DNA of 64,000 nt from NCBI RefSeq assembly GCF_009914755.1, contig NC_060938.1; one strand, 5' to 3'. This document shows, one piece after another, positions 1 to 16,289 of the stretch. Position 1 is the stretch's first letter; each line of letters opens with the position of its first letter. The position numbers and the translations under genes are program-made. The notes under the pieces were generated by a model. The model was not told the DNA's origin. It did not search any database and saw only the letters and a list, made by a program, of their open reading frames with translations. This DNA comes from the human T2T-CHM13v2.0 reference genome, Homo sapiens.

Positions 1-427
1 TATTTTGAACTAATTATGGCCTTTAATAATTGAGTAAGGTATACTCCTGTGAACAAAATTTGGAGCATGTTTGTTTCTCTCTACCTGGTTCCTCCAGAAT
101 TTGGAAACCATCTACTCACCGTTCTTGTTCCTGTGAATCAAGTGGTGAGCTGCAGCTTGGAAGAAACAAAAAGTGATGCAACATCTGGTGGAGGCAAACC
201 AGTGTTACAACCCATTGGAATGGCTGACAGCAATCAAACTCCAAACAGTGCTGCAGACCAAACCACGCATGAACACGCCTTTCTTCCGAGGACCCTTAGA
301 TCAACCCCAGGAGGAGCCCTAAGTGCTGTTCCCCACATTACGCCCCTTTTCGGTAGGAAGTAGCCAGGAAGAGTCATCACCGAACACCCCCTAACACCAG
401 TTAGTGTTACCACTCCAGAGGGAGGAA
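1..427 (+). mobile_element. ERV1 (MER4-group/MER61-type) internal region 3' end with polypurine tract
   Basis: Ends in PPT AGAGGGAGGAA (417-427) directly before the TG start of an LTR; resembles MER4-group internal sequence. Confidence 0.65.
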
Positions 428-863
428 TGATATAGGAGTTAAGAAGAAATCACTTAGGCAAATAGTAAGGGTATGTGAGTCCTCAGTAACGCTTTTCTAT
501 TTAATGAAAAGCAGCTGCAAACCATTTTCTAACAAAGAACCGCCTGTAAAGTCTAGCTGCAGACATAGCTGGGAGCTTGCACAGGTGAATGCCAGCAAGA
601 ACTAGGAACTAGACATGTTCAAGATGGTGGCCCCACCTTCCCTTCTCTGTCAGCCACGTGTAAAGAGCAAACAAGATGGTGGCGATCAACTGGAAAGCCC
701 ACTTGCATAGTAAGATTAGGATGGGGCAACTTGCCTTCCCCGTGTGCTATATAAACGTCATACCTGATCGAACCAATCTGTGAGCCCAACATAAATCAGA
801 CACTGCCTTCTCCAGCCTGCCTATAAAGTCTGCCCTGGCACACACTGCCTTTTCCTTTGCAGA

Positions 864-910
<47 letters not shown>

Positions 911-956
911 CAAGGAGAGAGAAAGACTGTCTAATAAACTTTCCACTGTTTAACCC
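428..956 (+). mobile_element. MER61-like ERV1 3' LTR, truncated just after its poly(A) signal
   Basis: Starts TGATATAGGAGTTAAGAAGAAAT (recalled MER61 start); TATA-like CTATAAA ~821; (CT)n 868-908; AATAAA 933-938. Confidence 0.7.
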
Positions 957-1044
957 AAAAAAAATATATAAAATTAAATTAATTTAAATTAAATTAAAAA
1001 ATAAAAAAATAAAATAAAATAAATAAAATAAAATATAAAATAAA
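957..1044 (+). repeat. A-rich tail / (AAAAT)n
   Basis: Seen directly. Confidence 0.9.
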
Positions 1045-2189
1045 ATGCAGGAACCTGGCAGACCTCAGAGGAGCCCAGGCCTGATCAAGGTGCTCCTTCC
1101 TGCCTCCTGTTCTTACCAGATAACTGATTCTCTCCGTGATGAGATGCACACTTCCTGGGATCCCATCCCCTCACAAGGATTCCACAACTTATCAGACCAC
1201 ATGGTTGCCCTTTTCTCCCACTCACCATCTGAGAATCACATGTTGTTAGCAATCCATCTTCCACCTACAAAAATAAGAAAGTAACTGACACCCTCAGGTG
1301 TGGAGCCCTGTTAACCCAGAAGTCAGCAAAGAAAAATGATTTGCCTTCTGATCAGGGAATGTGGGATATCAGTAAGCAAGGGGTATAGTTTCAGGTCTAG
1401 TGGTCTCCTTTTCTTAACCTCTAGCCTCACAAGCCAATAAAACTCACAGAAATCCTTCCCCTGCCTCATTAACCCCTCAGTCAAGTGAGGAGGCAGTCAC
1501 TCCCCACACCAAGGTAGCCTTATGCTTTCCTGTCCTGCACTAGCACTGAGATACTCAGATGGTACCCAGACCTCATCCTGCCATTAGCCCAAGCCAGGAA
1601 CAGCTCTGTCTGTGGAGAGAGTAGAAGGCAGTCAAGTGCTTGGGATACACCGTCTCTATTCTACAGTGTAACCTGAGAACCCCAAAATGCCCTGAGGCAG
1701 CCCAATCCTGCCCATCCCTCAAAGATGGCTTCAGTATTCATGTTTTATCATATTATATATTATAATTTTTTAATTAATAGAAAAGGAATGTTAACACAGG
1801 TCATCTGGATCCAGAGCTCCATGCTCTAAGTTTTTAAGGCTATGAATTTTCCTCTTAATATAGCTTTGACTACATCCCTTAGTTTGCAGTTTGTACTACT
1901 TTCATGTTAATGATTTTCTAAACATTCTGTAACTTCAGCTTTGACTTAATTCTTGACCTAAGGGTTGTTTAAAAGAGAATTTTAAAATCTTCAAATGGTT
2001 TGAAGTTTGTTTAGTCTTATGAGTCAGAATTCTCTGATTGCAAGGAAAATAACCCCAATTGACTTAAGTGAAAGATGGGAATTGTTATAAGGATATAAGG
2101 ACCTTGTGTACTCCAAGAGCAAAAATGCATTGAGACTCTTAAAAGGGCATAAATCAGCAACTGGTAAATCATTGGGAGCTTCTCTCTGA

Positions 2190-2538
<349 letters not shown>

Positions 2539-3929
2539 TAGTGGTTTGGGGTTTTGTTTTGTTTTTTGCCAACCAGTTTCTTCTTTCTTGAATTCACATG
2601 GCAGATCACAATCACTGATAGTTCTCAAATTTGTATATTGTAGGTCCAGCCACCTGAGAGATGATATTCCTATCTCTGTGCCTCAAATTCCAGATTTTCA
2701 GGGAAGGAGGTCTGGCCCATCTGGATCAGGTGTCCAATCTTAAGTCAATCAGTCAAGGCCAGGGAAGTGCGATCATATTGTACTAAGTTGTTGCTGAAAA
2801 CCAAAATGTGGGAGGAGTTATGAAAGAGAAGGGACAGGGATTCGTTATTGTGAACAGATTGGACACATGAAAAGGTATCCACTACTGTTTAGTTTTTCTT
2901 ATTTATGTCTGGGTTTATTACATTGTGGACAGAAGATGTAGTCTGTTGTATTTCAACCTTTAAGAATGTATAGAAATTTTCTCAATTATAGTTATGTTCT
3001 CATTTGCTTTTATAGAAAAAGAAATGTGGTAAAGTTTCCCACTACTGTTGTTTCTGTCAGTTTCTTCACATGTTAATACTATATTGTTTGGCACATGAAG
3101 TTTCAAGTATATCACATTCAACTTGAGTATATTACAATTTTCTGGAATGCTTAGTTAAATCATAGCCTCCTCAGGGTTGCAAGAGACCATAAAGGTCACT
3201 TAGTTAATTCCTCCTTCAGAAGCTTCACTGCTGTCTAACAATCCCTCAAGCGGCCATTAGCCATGTTTGAGCTCTGCATTCCATTATTCGACTGCTCTGA
3301 CAGTCAGGGAGTTCTTTCTCAAATTGAACTGGACTCTGCCTTTCTGTCACTCTGTCACTTCTAACCATTGGTATCCCAGTCCTAACACTGAGTATCCTCT
3401 CCCATATATCACCCCTTCACATTTCTCAGGTCAATTTCCAGAAACACAAAACCAGAGCCCCTCTTTCTGAATGCCTTTTCTGATAGCTTTGAATATACTA
3501 AACATTTCACAAACTTCAAAATGCCAGTTGGGAAAGAAATACCTTAATCCCAAAAGTCTTCCTGTTTCTGCCCCTCACTTTTTAAGGGATCCTTGAAAAA
3601 GTTAGTGATGGGGGATTTTGCCTCAGTTTCTCTCAACTTCATCAGAGGGTCTAGAAACAAGTTTGCAAACAATTCTGATGAGGCAGGAGGAAAGAGAGGG
3701 AGGGAAGAATGATGTTTATGTGTAGGAGGATGCCTTCAGAGCCCTGGTGGGGTGGACTCTATGCTGGGAAACAGCCATTTGGTAAGAGCATTGATCATCG
3801 GTTGAAAATTGCTTGTGTCTTGTCCATGGGTGAAGCTTTTGGAGGCAAAAGAGATCTCATAGGGAGAACTGCTGCTGCCCAAGCTGCCACTGTCACGGGT
3901 GAACATTCGTTTTGCTTGTGTGTGCCTGT

Positions 3930-4070
3930 CTCTCCCAACTAGGATGTAAGCTCCATATGTCAGGAGCTCTTCTTCCCCCGTCTTGCTCACTTCTGCATCC
4001 TCGAGGCCTAGAACAGTGCCCGGCACATAGTAGGTATTCAATAAATATCAGTTGAATGAATAAATCAATT
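3930..4070 (+). mobile_element. L2 3' end
   Basis: Typical tail AGAACAGTGCCCGGCACATAGTAGGTATTCAATAAATATCAGTTGAATGAAT. Confidence 0.8.
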
Positions 4071-4373
4071 CATGCAGCTCAGCTTTCTTAATTTAAGTAT
4101 CACCCTCCCCTTTAGTTAACAAGTCATCTGGTTGTTTCTCTTTAATGCATGAGAGAGAGTCCACTTCAACTATCCATGCCCTCTGGATTCTTATTTGAGC
4201 CATATTGTTGGACTTTGTCAGCAGCTTCCCAGAGGGAGGGCACTATCTCTAGGAGAAAAAAATGAAACATAGAATTAAAGAATTTTTGAGCTTCCTTGGT
4301 TCTACCCTCGAAAATGTAAGGCTCTCTAGTCCCTGGAATTCCCATGTTACTAACTTCTTTGGGTAAAGACACT

Positions 4374-4848
4374 TGCATTAGTTTTTTAGGGCTGCTGTAA
4401 CAAATTACCAGAAACTTGGTGGCTTAAAATAACAGAAGTGTATCCTCCCACTGCCCTGGAAACCAAAAGTATGAAGTCAAGGTGTCAGTAGGGCCATGAT
4501 CCCTCCAGAGACTCTAGGGGAGAATCCAACTTCTGGTGGCTGTCAGCACTCCTTGGCTTATAGTCACATCACTCTATTGCTTGAAGGCCAGCGTCTTCAA
4601 ATTTCTCTCAGCTCTGTCTTCAGATCACCTTTTCCTCTCACATGTATTCCAGTCTCCCTCTGCTTCCCTCTTATAAGGATACACGATTGCACTGAAGGTT
4701 CATCCAGATAATCCAGGATAACCTCCCTGTCTCAAGATCCTTAACGCTCATCACATCTGCAAAGACCCCTTTTCTTTATGAGATAACATTTACAGGTTTT
4801 AGAAATCAGGACCTGATGTCTTTGGGACCCCTTATTCAGCCCACTGCA
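4374..4848 (-). mobile_element. MLT1C-like MaLR LTR
   Basis: GCTGCTGTAACAAATTACCAGAAACTTGGTGGCTTAAAATAACAG...CATCTGCAAAGACCC. Confidence 0.8.
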
Positions 4849-5159
4849 ACACTGAAGGCCACCAGTTGAATATTTGTCCATTCAACAGACATCCACTGGG
4901 TATCTATTCTATGCCAGGCACTGAGCTGGTCTCTGGAGACACATAGTGGAAACAAGAGTGATGTGTGTCCTCCCCAAGCCCACACTCTAGTGAAAGATAC
5001 ACACAGCAGGCAAGCCATAGACCCCCAGTGCTCATCAGCCAGTCACCTAGCAAGGTCTTCCCTGAATAAAACCCAGGATAGATAAATGTGGACATTTTCA
5101 GAGGATCAATGCCTTAGGGATTTTGCTGGGGGATGGGGGAGGAGAGGCCTAAATAATAA

Positions 5160-5385
5160 CTACAATCTACTCAGCACTTATTACACACTAGGCCCTGTGC
5201 CAAATGCTCTAATACATTATCTAATCTAGTCCTTAGAATAAGCTCAGGACATAGGTCTGATTATCCCCATTTTACAGACTGAGAAAACTGAGGCTCGGAG
5301 TAAAAATAATTTGTCTAGGATCTCACAAGTAGTGAATGGCTGAGCTGAGATTTGGGCCTAGGTCTGTTACACTCTAGTGTTCTTA
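5160..5385 (-). mobile_element. MIR
   Basis: Core ATTATCCCCATTTTACAGACTGAGAAAACTGAGGCTC. Confidence 0.8.
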
Positions 5386-5722
5386 ATCAGGCATGACCCT
5401 GCCTGAGCCATCTGAGGACACTGGGGACCAGGTAGACTGTGGGCTGAAAGAGCAGGAGAGGCAGTATTGGGCCGTGGGAAGAGCTGAATTCTGCTTAACG
5501 TCTGTGTGTCCTTGGGTAAGTCCCTTCACCACTCCAGCCTGTTTTCCCATCTGTAACATGAGAGAATGGGAACAACTGAGTTCAAAGTCCCCATTTTCTG
5601 TATCTGCATCTGAAAGGGCTGACAAAAAATTTCATTATCCTCATGCTTTTGCTTGGAACAAGGGCTCATATCAGGCACCCAGGAAGCCCCAAGGCTAAAA
5701 ACAAGTAGGCATAGTGGAGCTA

Positions 5723-6207
<485 letters not shown>

Positions 6208-6829
6208 TTATGATTTCACTGAGCACACAGGTGACAGGCAGATGGCTTCTCTTCCTGGCTCTCCATGGAGAAAAGTTCTCCTGGGGAAGTTGCATGAGAC
6301 CCTCCGGCAACAGAGGGGAAATGGAGACCCAGACACACTGTGCTAACCTTCCCTGCTTGTAGGATGTGGACAGATGGTTGGACCCTATGAAGGGTCACAG
6401 ACCTCTTTGGCAATGTATTAAATCTCACAATTCTGTCCCCAGAAAATTTCTTGCAGACATGTACACCGCCAGCAACACTGCCGACATGCTATGAAGCCCA
6501 TTCATGGACAGCAGTTTCAGAACCCTGGTGTAGAAGGTGTACCCTCTCTCTGAGAGAACTTCTGGGAATAACTCACCCTCGAGGGATGAGGAGAGTCAAG
6601 GCCACTCAGAAGTCACTTTGTTTTCAAGTCATCTCATGTGATTCAAAAGCTGAGGTTTATGTTTGGAGGGAGGGGGTCTAAGAGAGAGAACAAGTGAGGT
6701 TTGAAACCCACCTGCATACCATTCTCAACCAGCTACGTTCTTCCCTTTACATCTATCTTTCATAATGTTGAATTTAACATTATTTCTATGTCCTTGGTGA
6801 TCTGGAAAATCATCTTAAATCACAGATCT

Positions 6830-7134
<305 letters not shown>

Positions 7135-7493
7135 ACAGATTATCGGAATGATATTGGTCTGCCAATGGCAAGAAATGTCCCCTCTCGCCTGCGATGGCTT
7201 TCCTTGCATTCCAGTAACTCCTGGGATGTCCTTCCCATTCTTCTGGAAACCGTGTTTTCTGACCCACACACACAGGGGTTAGAAAACCCCTGTGTTCGTA
7301 CACAAAGTACATACTCCATACTCAGAGCCAGCCAGGAGTATTGGAAATTGGTGAACAGGGTACCCCACCCAGCACAGCAAGGTCAAGTTTGGGATATCAC
7401 AAGATTTGGCACTGAGAAATTTGAAATTTTTCCATTCAATCAGTGGATCTTAATCCTTGGGGGGTCACTGATGCCTTTGAAAATCTAATAAAG

Positions 7494-7495
<2 letters not shown>

Positions 7496-7539
<44 letters not shown>
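7496..7539. repeat. (CA)n microsatellite
   Basis: Seen directly. Confidence 0.95.
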
Positions 7540-7542
<3 letters not shown>

Positions 7543-7618
7543 GCACATAGAAACAAAAACTTGCCACCAATTTCAAGGTGTTCACAACCTCCCTGAAGCT
7601 TCCCCAAGGATTCTTTAG

Positions 7619-7861
7619 AGCTGCCCTATCCAAGATGATGGCTACAAGCTACTTGTGGCTACTGGGCCCTTGAAATGCGGCTACTCAGGATGGAGATTTA
7701 CCATAGACATAAAATACAAGCTACATTTCAAAGACTTCATTTGAAAAAGTAAAGAATGTAAAAATATTTCAATAATTTTATATGATTACAAGTTGAAATG
7801 ATAATTATTTGGATATATTGAGTTACAAAAAATATATGATTAAAGTTAATTTCACCTATTT
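7619..7861. mobile_element. MER33-like hAT-Charlie element, interrupted by an Alu
   Basis: ATAAAATACAAGCTACATTTCAAAGACTT...GTTGAAATGATAATTATTTGGATATATTG. Confidence 0.7.
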
Positions 7862-7863
7862 CA

Positions 7864-8161
7864 GGATGGGTGTGTCGGCTCATGCCTGTAATCTCGGCAC
7901 TTTGGGGGGCCTAGGCCAGTGGATCACCTGGAATCAGGAGTTCAAGACCAGCCTGGCCAACATGGTAAAATCTTTTCTCTACTAAAAATACAAAAATTAG
8001 CCAAGCATGGTGGTATGAGGCTGCAGTCCCAGCTACTCCAGAGGCTGAGGCACAAGAATCACTCGAACCCAGGAGGCAGAAGTTGCTGAGTGAAGACTGC
8101 ACCACTGTACCCTACCCTGGGCAACAAAGCAAGACTCTGTCTCCAAAAAAAGAAAAAAAAA
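7864..8161 (+). mobile_element. AluS
   Basis: Full-length; TSD-like GTTAATTTCAC on both sides. Confidence 0.95.
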
Positions 8162-9661
8162 GGTTAATTTCACATGTTTCATAAGCCTCAGGAAAGGCTT
8201 CCCAGGATTCTCAAATTATAAATGTTCACTTTAGGTCCTGCCACACCCTACTCCCCACTGGCCATTTCCTGATACAGTCAGGATGGCTGTGTTAGGCCGG
8301 GCTCCCAGTGCCACACTTCTCCTTCCTTAGTATCAGCCCTCATTCCCCTGCGACCGAGGAGGTGTCTTCCCAAGGGAAAAGGGCCCCTGATCAGGCAAGA
8401 TGTGGCAGTCTCTTGGCAGAGGCAAAGCAAAGAGCCCTCAGCAACCCACTACCCTCAAATGGAAATCCTTAGGCCCAGTCCCTGGGTCTGCAGCTCTTAA
8501 GCACCTGGGCCCAGCTGTCCATACAAAGAGTGATCTACTTTCCTGAAAATATAAGAATGTGCAGTGGTTTCCACTATAGCCCCCTACGTGAATTCTAGTT
8601 CTGGGCAACATCAGCTAAGAAGAATCAGAAATACCACCTAGTCCCTCATCTTACAGGCGGAGAAACTGACGTCTAAATAGGTCAAACAACCTTTCTGGCC
8701 ACACAGTTGGTTAGTGATATCACCAGGGTCTAGCTCAGAGCATGGCTCAGAAAACACGTGCAGCATAAATGATCCAGAGAAGGAATCGATTGATCCAGGG
8801 AAGGAAGCCAGATCTCTCACTGCAGTCCAGTGTCCCTCTTACGACCCCCACTGACGTACCCTCATCCCTATTCAGAAAATGGGGAATTTACTTACCTGCT
8901 GATAACAGCAAGGGGACCAATGCAGAAGAAAAACAGAAGAAGCAGAACAGAATTCCAAAGGAGAGCTTTGACTCGAGAGTGACTGTTTAATCATTCGACC
9001 CTCCTCCGTGGCAGATTGTGGGTCTTTGCAAGCCCGAGGCATTCTCACCCCACTCCACTGCCTAGCAACCATATTCAAAGACTCACTTATCCTACATTAA
9101 GTCAAATTTATACCTAACTACTTAAGAGTTTAGTTGCAATTAGCTAGTTGACATGTTGTGATTTACAGACATTTAATTAAAACATTATTAACATTCATAT
9201 TTCCTTTTGTTTTGTTGAGTCTTAGGCATTTTCATAGGACCTTGTAAAACTTTGAACCCAAAGACAGAGCAAATGGTCAGCTGGTGCACCCTAGTATAAT
9301 TGTACTTTTTGTTTACCTCTGGTATCCATTTTAATTGGTCAGGGTCTGTGCTTACCAGATAAGTCTCTTGATCATTATCCCTGCCCAAAGGGTAAAATGG
9401 CCCTGCCTCCCAAGGGCTTACTTTGTCATCTTAGTTAAGCAACAGCCTTAATTAACAGCCTCCATTTGATCTTTTGCAGAAAAAAAGAACAAGTCATAGA
9501 GGATCCTAAATAGTAACAGCAACGAATTCCAGAAATCCGAGGGCCAGTTGGGTCCCACCTTCGCTGTGTTGGGGGATCCCACAGTCATTGACTACACAGT
9601 TGTTGACACTGCTCGCTAAAAATGATCATCAATGGATACACATAGAACACATAGAGTTCAC

Positions 9662-9980
<319 letters not shown>

Positions 9981-10251
9981 TCACAAACAAACTTTTGTTA
10001 ATAGGGGATGGAGAATATGATTGTGCAACTGCTGTCACCCACCTCTTCTAAGACCCAGAAACTAAAGTCCTGGTGCAAACATCTGGGTCCCTCATCAGGG
10101 GCTGGGAAGGTCACACAGCCCCTCCCTCAGGCAGGTGAAACATCTGGTTCATCTAGCATGTGGGGCTGTGAGCAGGAGTGTGCCCTGAGAGGACAAATTC
10201 TTGAAGACTCCATCCCTGTAAAGAATGTCACACTGCTGCTGCGTATGGCTG

Positions 10252-10666
10252 TGGTGTAGTTTGGATGTTTGTCTCCTCCAAATATCGTGCTGAAATCTGA
10301 TCCACAGTGTTGGAGATGGGGCCTAACAGGAGCCATTTTAGTCACAGGGGTTAATCCTTCATGAATAGATTAATGCCCTCCCTGGGTGGGGGATAAGTGA
10401 GTTCTCACTCTGTTTGTTCTTGTAGGAGCTGGTTGCTGAAAAGAGCCTAGCGCCTCCCCTCTCTCTCTTGCTTCCTCTCTCACCATGTGATCTCTGCACA
10501 TGCCAGCTCCCCTTCACCTGCTGTCACGAGTGGAAGCAGCCTGAGGCTTTCACCAGATACCCAATCTTTTAGACACGAGAACTGTGAGCCAAATAAATTC
10601 TTTTTTTTAATAAATTACCCAGCCTCAGGTATTCCTACTATATAGCAACACAAATAGACTTAGACA
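10252..10666 (+). mobile_element. MSTB-like MaLR solo LTR
   Basis: TGGTGTAGTTTGGATGTTTGTC...AAATAGACTTAGACA; 5-bp TSD GGCTG/AGCTG. Confidence 0.8.
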
Positions 10667-10699
10667 AGCTGGTAATAAAGCCCTCAAGGGCTAATGAGA

Positions 10700-10885
10700 G
10701 AAGTATGTGCTTTGGAGTCAGAAACTCCTGAGTTTTAGGCTTGGCTATGTCACTTGCTAACTGTGAGACTTGGGGAAGGTTATTAGATCACTCTCCCATT
10801 TCCTCATCTCTAAAATGGGAGACGACTCCTACCTCAAAGGGTTGTTCTAAGAATTGAGTGGGATATTGTTTGTAAAGCACCAGCC
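10700..10885 (+). mobile_element. MIR
   Basis: TTTGGAGTCAGA...TTTCCTCATCTCTAAAATGGG. Confidence 0.7.
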
Positions 10886-11679
10886 CTATAGTGGCCAAAT
10901 TACTTGCATTCCTGTTCAATGTTGCATGTTTCTCTGACTACTCCCAGTTCATCCCAGAAGTGGAGGTACACAGAGAGTTAAGCAGGTAGAGTCAGTAGGG
11001 GAGAGGACTGGATTTGAATTCATGCTCTGCCATCTATTATCTGTGCGACTTTGGGCCACTTACCTACATTAAGGGTGGATAGCAAGATTAAATGAACACA
11101 AAAGTGTTTGAAACTGAGCCAGGCACATAAGAAACCCTCATTAGCTACTGGCTATTGTTATTTTTATAGTAGATGTTCAATAAATGTTAATTGAATCTAA
11201 ATTGATCCACAGGTGACTTGGGGATGAGATGGAGGCTCATTCATTAGAGGTAGGTGCCCTTTCCTCCAATAAAGTTCCCAGTGTATTTTCATTACTTCAA
11301 AATGTACACTTTTCTGATAGAAAACTCAAAGGAGTATCGAGGCCAGAATGCTGCTGGTTTGTCCTCAGCTGGGCACTTTTTATGTGATTTACTGACTTGT
11401 ATTTCTTATCTTCATGACCCTAAAAGGAACTTAAAAGGTAGTATATTATTTCATTTCCATTTTTCAGAAAAAGAAATGTCATCAAACAAGACATTAAATC
11501 TCTTTTCCTTTCATAATTCTTTTTCATGCAGCTCCCAACTCTACCCTACTGAAAAAGAAGCCCCCACACAAGATGACAAAGGAAAAAGCAAGGAGGGGCC
11601 TTGAAGAAGCATGACCTGGTGAGGATTTTCAGCCTGATGGGGATGATCAGTGCCCAGACCAAGGCACCATAGTCTAGAA

Positions 11680-12172
<493 letters not shown>

Positions 12173-12815
12173 TAGTAGGTGTGAGATCTGGAGAATTGTG
12201 TTATCATCCTGGTTCAGCCACTCACTAGTTACATTACCTTGAAAATTTACTTATCATTTCTGAGTCTCCATGTCCTCATCTAAACAATTACAGAAAATTA
12301 TAATGCCCTCATCCAACCTACCTGCTATTGGAGCATGTGTGTTGAGACATAAATTTGGAGCATATATGTGGAAGTGTTTTGTAATGTATTAAGCACTAAA
12401 TAAATATAAGATTTCATTCTTTCCACCATATGCATTTTCTTCAAGTAGATCCAGTGGTCTATGGGCTAAGAGGTCTCCATCCTATTCCTCTTTTGACTTA
12501 GAGCAGGAGAGTTGGCCCAAATATGAGCCTACTCTCATTGAAATTATGACAACTGCACCCAAAGCTGCTCCTGTTTTCGTGAGGATTGTCACTATTTCCC
12601 AAGGCTTCCATGCAGGCTAAGACCAGGCAGTTTCAATGATTCAAGCTGTCCACAAAATTCCTGGGAGACCTGCCACAGTGATAGTTAGGCCATAAAGAAC
12701 TCCCTAGGATAGTCCCCCCCAAAAAAACCATGGGCTTTGGACACACATATCTGGCTCTGCCACTCCCTGTGACCTTGAACAAGTCAGCCTGGTTTTCTAA
12801 GCCTCAGTTTCTTCA

Positions 12816-13253
<438 letters not shown>

Positions 13254-14020
13254 CTAGTATCCATAGTTACTGTTATAGTAAATGAGAATGATTAAAATTT
13301 GTATTATAGATGTCTAGTTTCCCAGTGATTATGAAGAGCTTGTCCTAGGCAAATATTTTGAGCCTGGAATAGCCTGGGAGAAATATTCAGTCACTGACTC
13401 ATATATTCAAGCATTTAAACTCTATCTATATGCAAGGAAGCTTTATATAATAGAAAGAGCATAGACAGTTTTAATCTCCAGGGTTTTAATCTGAAGAGCT
13501 AACTTTTAATCTCCAGGGTTCCTCAGTGCTCTAGGATTCTAGAATGTGCCATGTTTCAGTGTAGAAGGGGAGAGAAGAATACCCCAGAGCAGGATCAACC
13601 TTGAGTGTCACCAAATCAGGGAAGATTGTTCCCTTGCTTAGGGAAAAAGCCAGAATTGGAGGCAAAAAGAATGGAAGAAAAGGGAGCACCAGAGAGCCCC
13701 ACTTCACAGAGAGTCAAGGATAACTCAATCTCTAGGACAGAGCCCATAACATAGTCCCTCACCCCAAACCAGGGTAATGTTTGATGTATATTCTTCGAGC
13801 AGCCTGAAACCTACCAGAAGTTGGGATAAGGCCTTCAGCAGTAATTCTCAAACACAGTTACCTAGAGAGATTGTAAAATAAACAGATTACTAGGTTCTAG
13901 CTCTGGAGAATCCGATTCAGTAGGTTTGGGAATTTGCATACTTAACAAATGTTTCTGATGCAGGTGGAAAAAAGTCTGCAATGGAAACTGAAATCCAGTT
14001 CTTCCTCTGATTCCACATCC

Positions 14021-14270
14021 TTTTTTTTAATTTATTTTTTATTTTTATTTTTATTTTTTTGAGACAGGGTCTTGCTCTGTCACCCAGGCTGGAGTTTTGC
14101 AGTGGTACAATCACAGTTCCCTGCAGCCTTGCCTTTCAGGCTCAAGCAATCATGCCCGACTAATTTTTGTTTTTTGTTTTTTTTTATAGAGACAGGGTTT
14201 CGCCGTGTTGCTCAGGCTGGTCTCGAACTCCCAAAGTGCTGGATACTGGCATGAACCACCACGCCCAGCC
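14021..14270 (-). mobile_element. AluJ with internal deletions
   Basis: GAGACAGGGTCTTGCTCTGTCACCCAGG...GGCTCAAGCAATC. Confidence 0.85.
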
Positions 14271-15861
14271 CCAAATCCTATTATTTTTCTATCATATTAA
14301 AGAACCCTAGATGATGGATGGATGGATGAATTTACAACAAATATATGACAGTTTGCCTCACCTAAGTCCACAGGGCTATAAATAGGCAATAGATGCTGGG
14401 GCCCTCAATTTGTTTGTCTCTACCGTCTCATTACCACAGTTCCTGAGAAGGGGCTGAGCTTTAGAGTGCTGACTGGATAATTCTGGGACACTGATTAAAG
14501 CCAACTTAGCATGGTAGAAAGGGCAAGAGCTATGCAGTCAGAAGACATGAGCTTGGGTCTAAGTATTGGTACTCCCTCGTTGTGTGACCATGCGCAATTC
14601 TTGACTTTATTAAACTTTTATTTTCTCATTTGTATAAAGAAGATAAAAGTGTCCAACGTACAAGATTGTTAACTACTAAAGTATAATAAATGCTATCTTA
14701 TTTCTCCAGCTAAGGACACATCCCCAGTCTCACTCCATTTCCCCTCATGATCAGAAATCCTTAAGGGGGATCTACTAACTCCTCACATTTATGTACACAT
14801 TGCTTTTGGGTACATAGTCCCATTTGAGTCTTTTTTGTGGTAAGTGGGGGTGTGATTCCTAACTGACCACAGAAAGCTGAAGCAATCTGAACACAGAGAA
14901 GTGGGGTTACTTATCCAAAGTCACCCTGCCAGCAGTTGAGGAACGACAGAACGCCAAGGCATCTTGTGGTTCTAAGTCCAGTGATCTTTCAACTGCCCCT
15001 CTTACCCCTTCCTGATGAGGGTCATCTCACATTAAACCCTAAAATCACATTTGATAAGTCAGTAGTGGGGAGGAGGGATCACAGTTAAAATTAAATTAGT
15101 CCCTGATATTAAAACTAAAAGATTATAATGGGAAACATTTTAATTTTTAACTTGCGTGTCTCTATCTTGCTGTTTAAGACTGGTCGGACTGAAGGCATTC
15201 CTTGGAACACTCTTTCCTTTTGAATTTATCTCTTCAGTCCACTTCAGGGACTCTTTACCCCTCTGGCCTTCAGAAGGCATTTGCATCCTGGTTTCTGATA
15301 GAGGAGGCTCTGTGAGGGAACAGAGTCTATTTATTCTAACTTGCTGTCGTCCCTAATGTACTGTCACACAAGCGACTTGCTGTGCAATGCTAGAAAGGAA
15401 ATAATAAAATGCACGATTAAGAGTGTGGCTAATGCCTCCCAGACAGTCAGGTTCTCTGGAGGTCACATTTCCAGTGAATTCATTGCCCACGGACGGTTTC
15501 CCCACGGCCTTCAGAGGAGCTTAGCTGTGGGACTGCCTACCTTGCCCGTTTCCACATTTCCATGAAGATTTGAAAATTAGGTGGGAAATGGGGAAGGGGT
15601 AATAGAGAAAGTAGCTGGAGTCCGCTCTACCTGGAGCCCCTCCAAGGTGAGAATGAACCTACCCTGCCCTTTCTGTGAGAGCTGTCTCTCCTTGTCCTGT
15701 GGTGCAACCCTTGCTTTCAGGAGCCTATCCAGCTCCGGTTTCTATGACTCAGAATGACCTGGAACAAATATATTCCATTGTGCTATGATTTTTCTGATTT
15801 TTAAAGTAAGTCCAAGTCTTCCTGGTTCTCTCCTTTTTGGAGACACTGAAAAATTAGGGTC

Positions 15862-16153
<292 letters not shown>

Positions 16154-16289
16154 TTTTCTGAGATTATTTTAACAAAGCCATTTGACTTGACAAGAATGTC
16201 ACTTCCCTCCAACCACACAGTCTGAGAATCAAGGCAATATTAACCCCATATTGTCAACAGATGAAGGTGACAGAAATGCAGACATAACA

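Noticed and set aside
599-630. p53 response element in the MER61-like LTR
   Set aside because: Only one good half-site (AGACATGTTC, 611-620); the neighbouring decamers do not fit RRRCWWGYYY.
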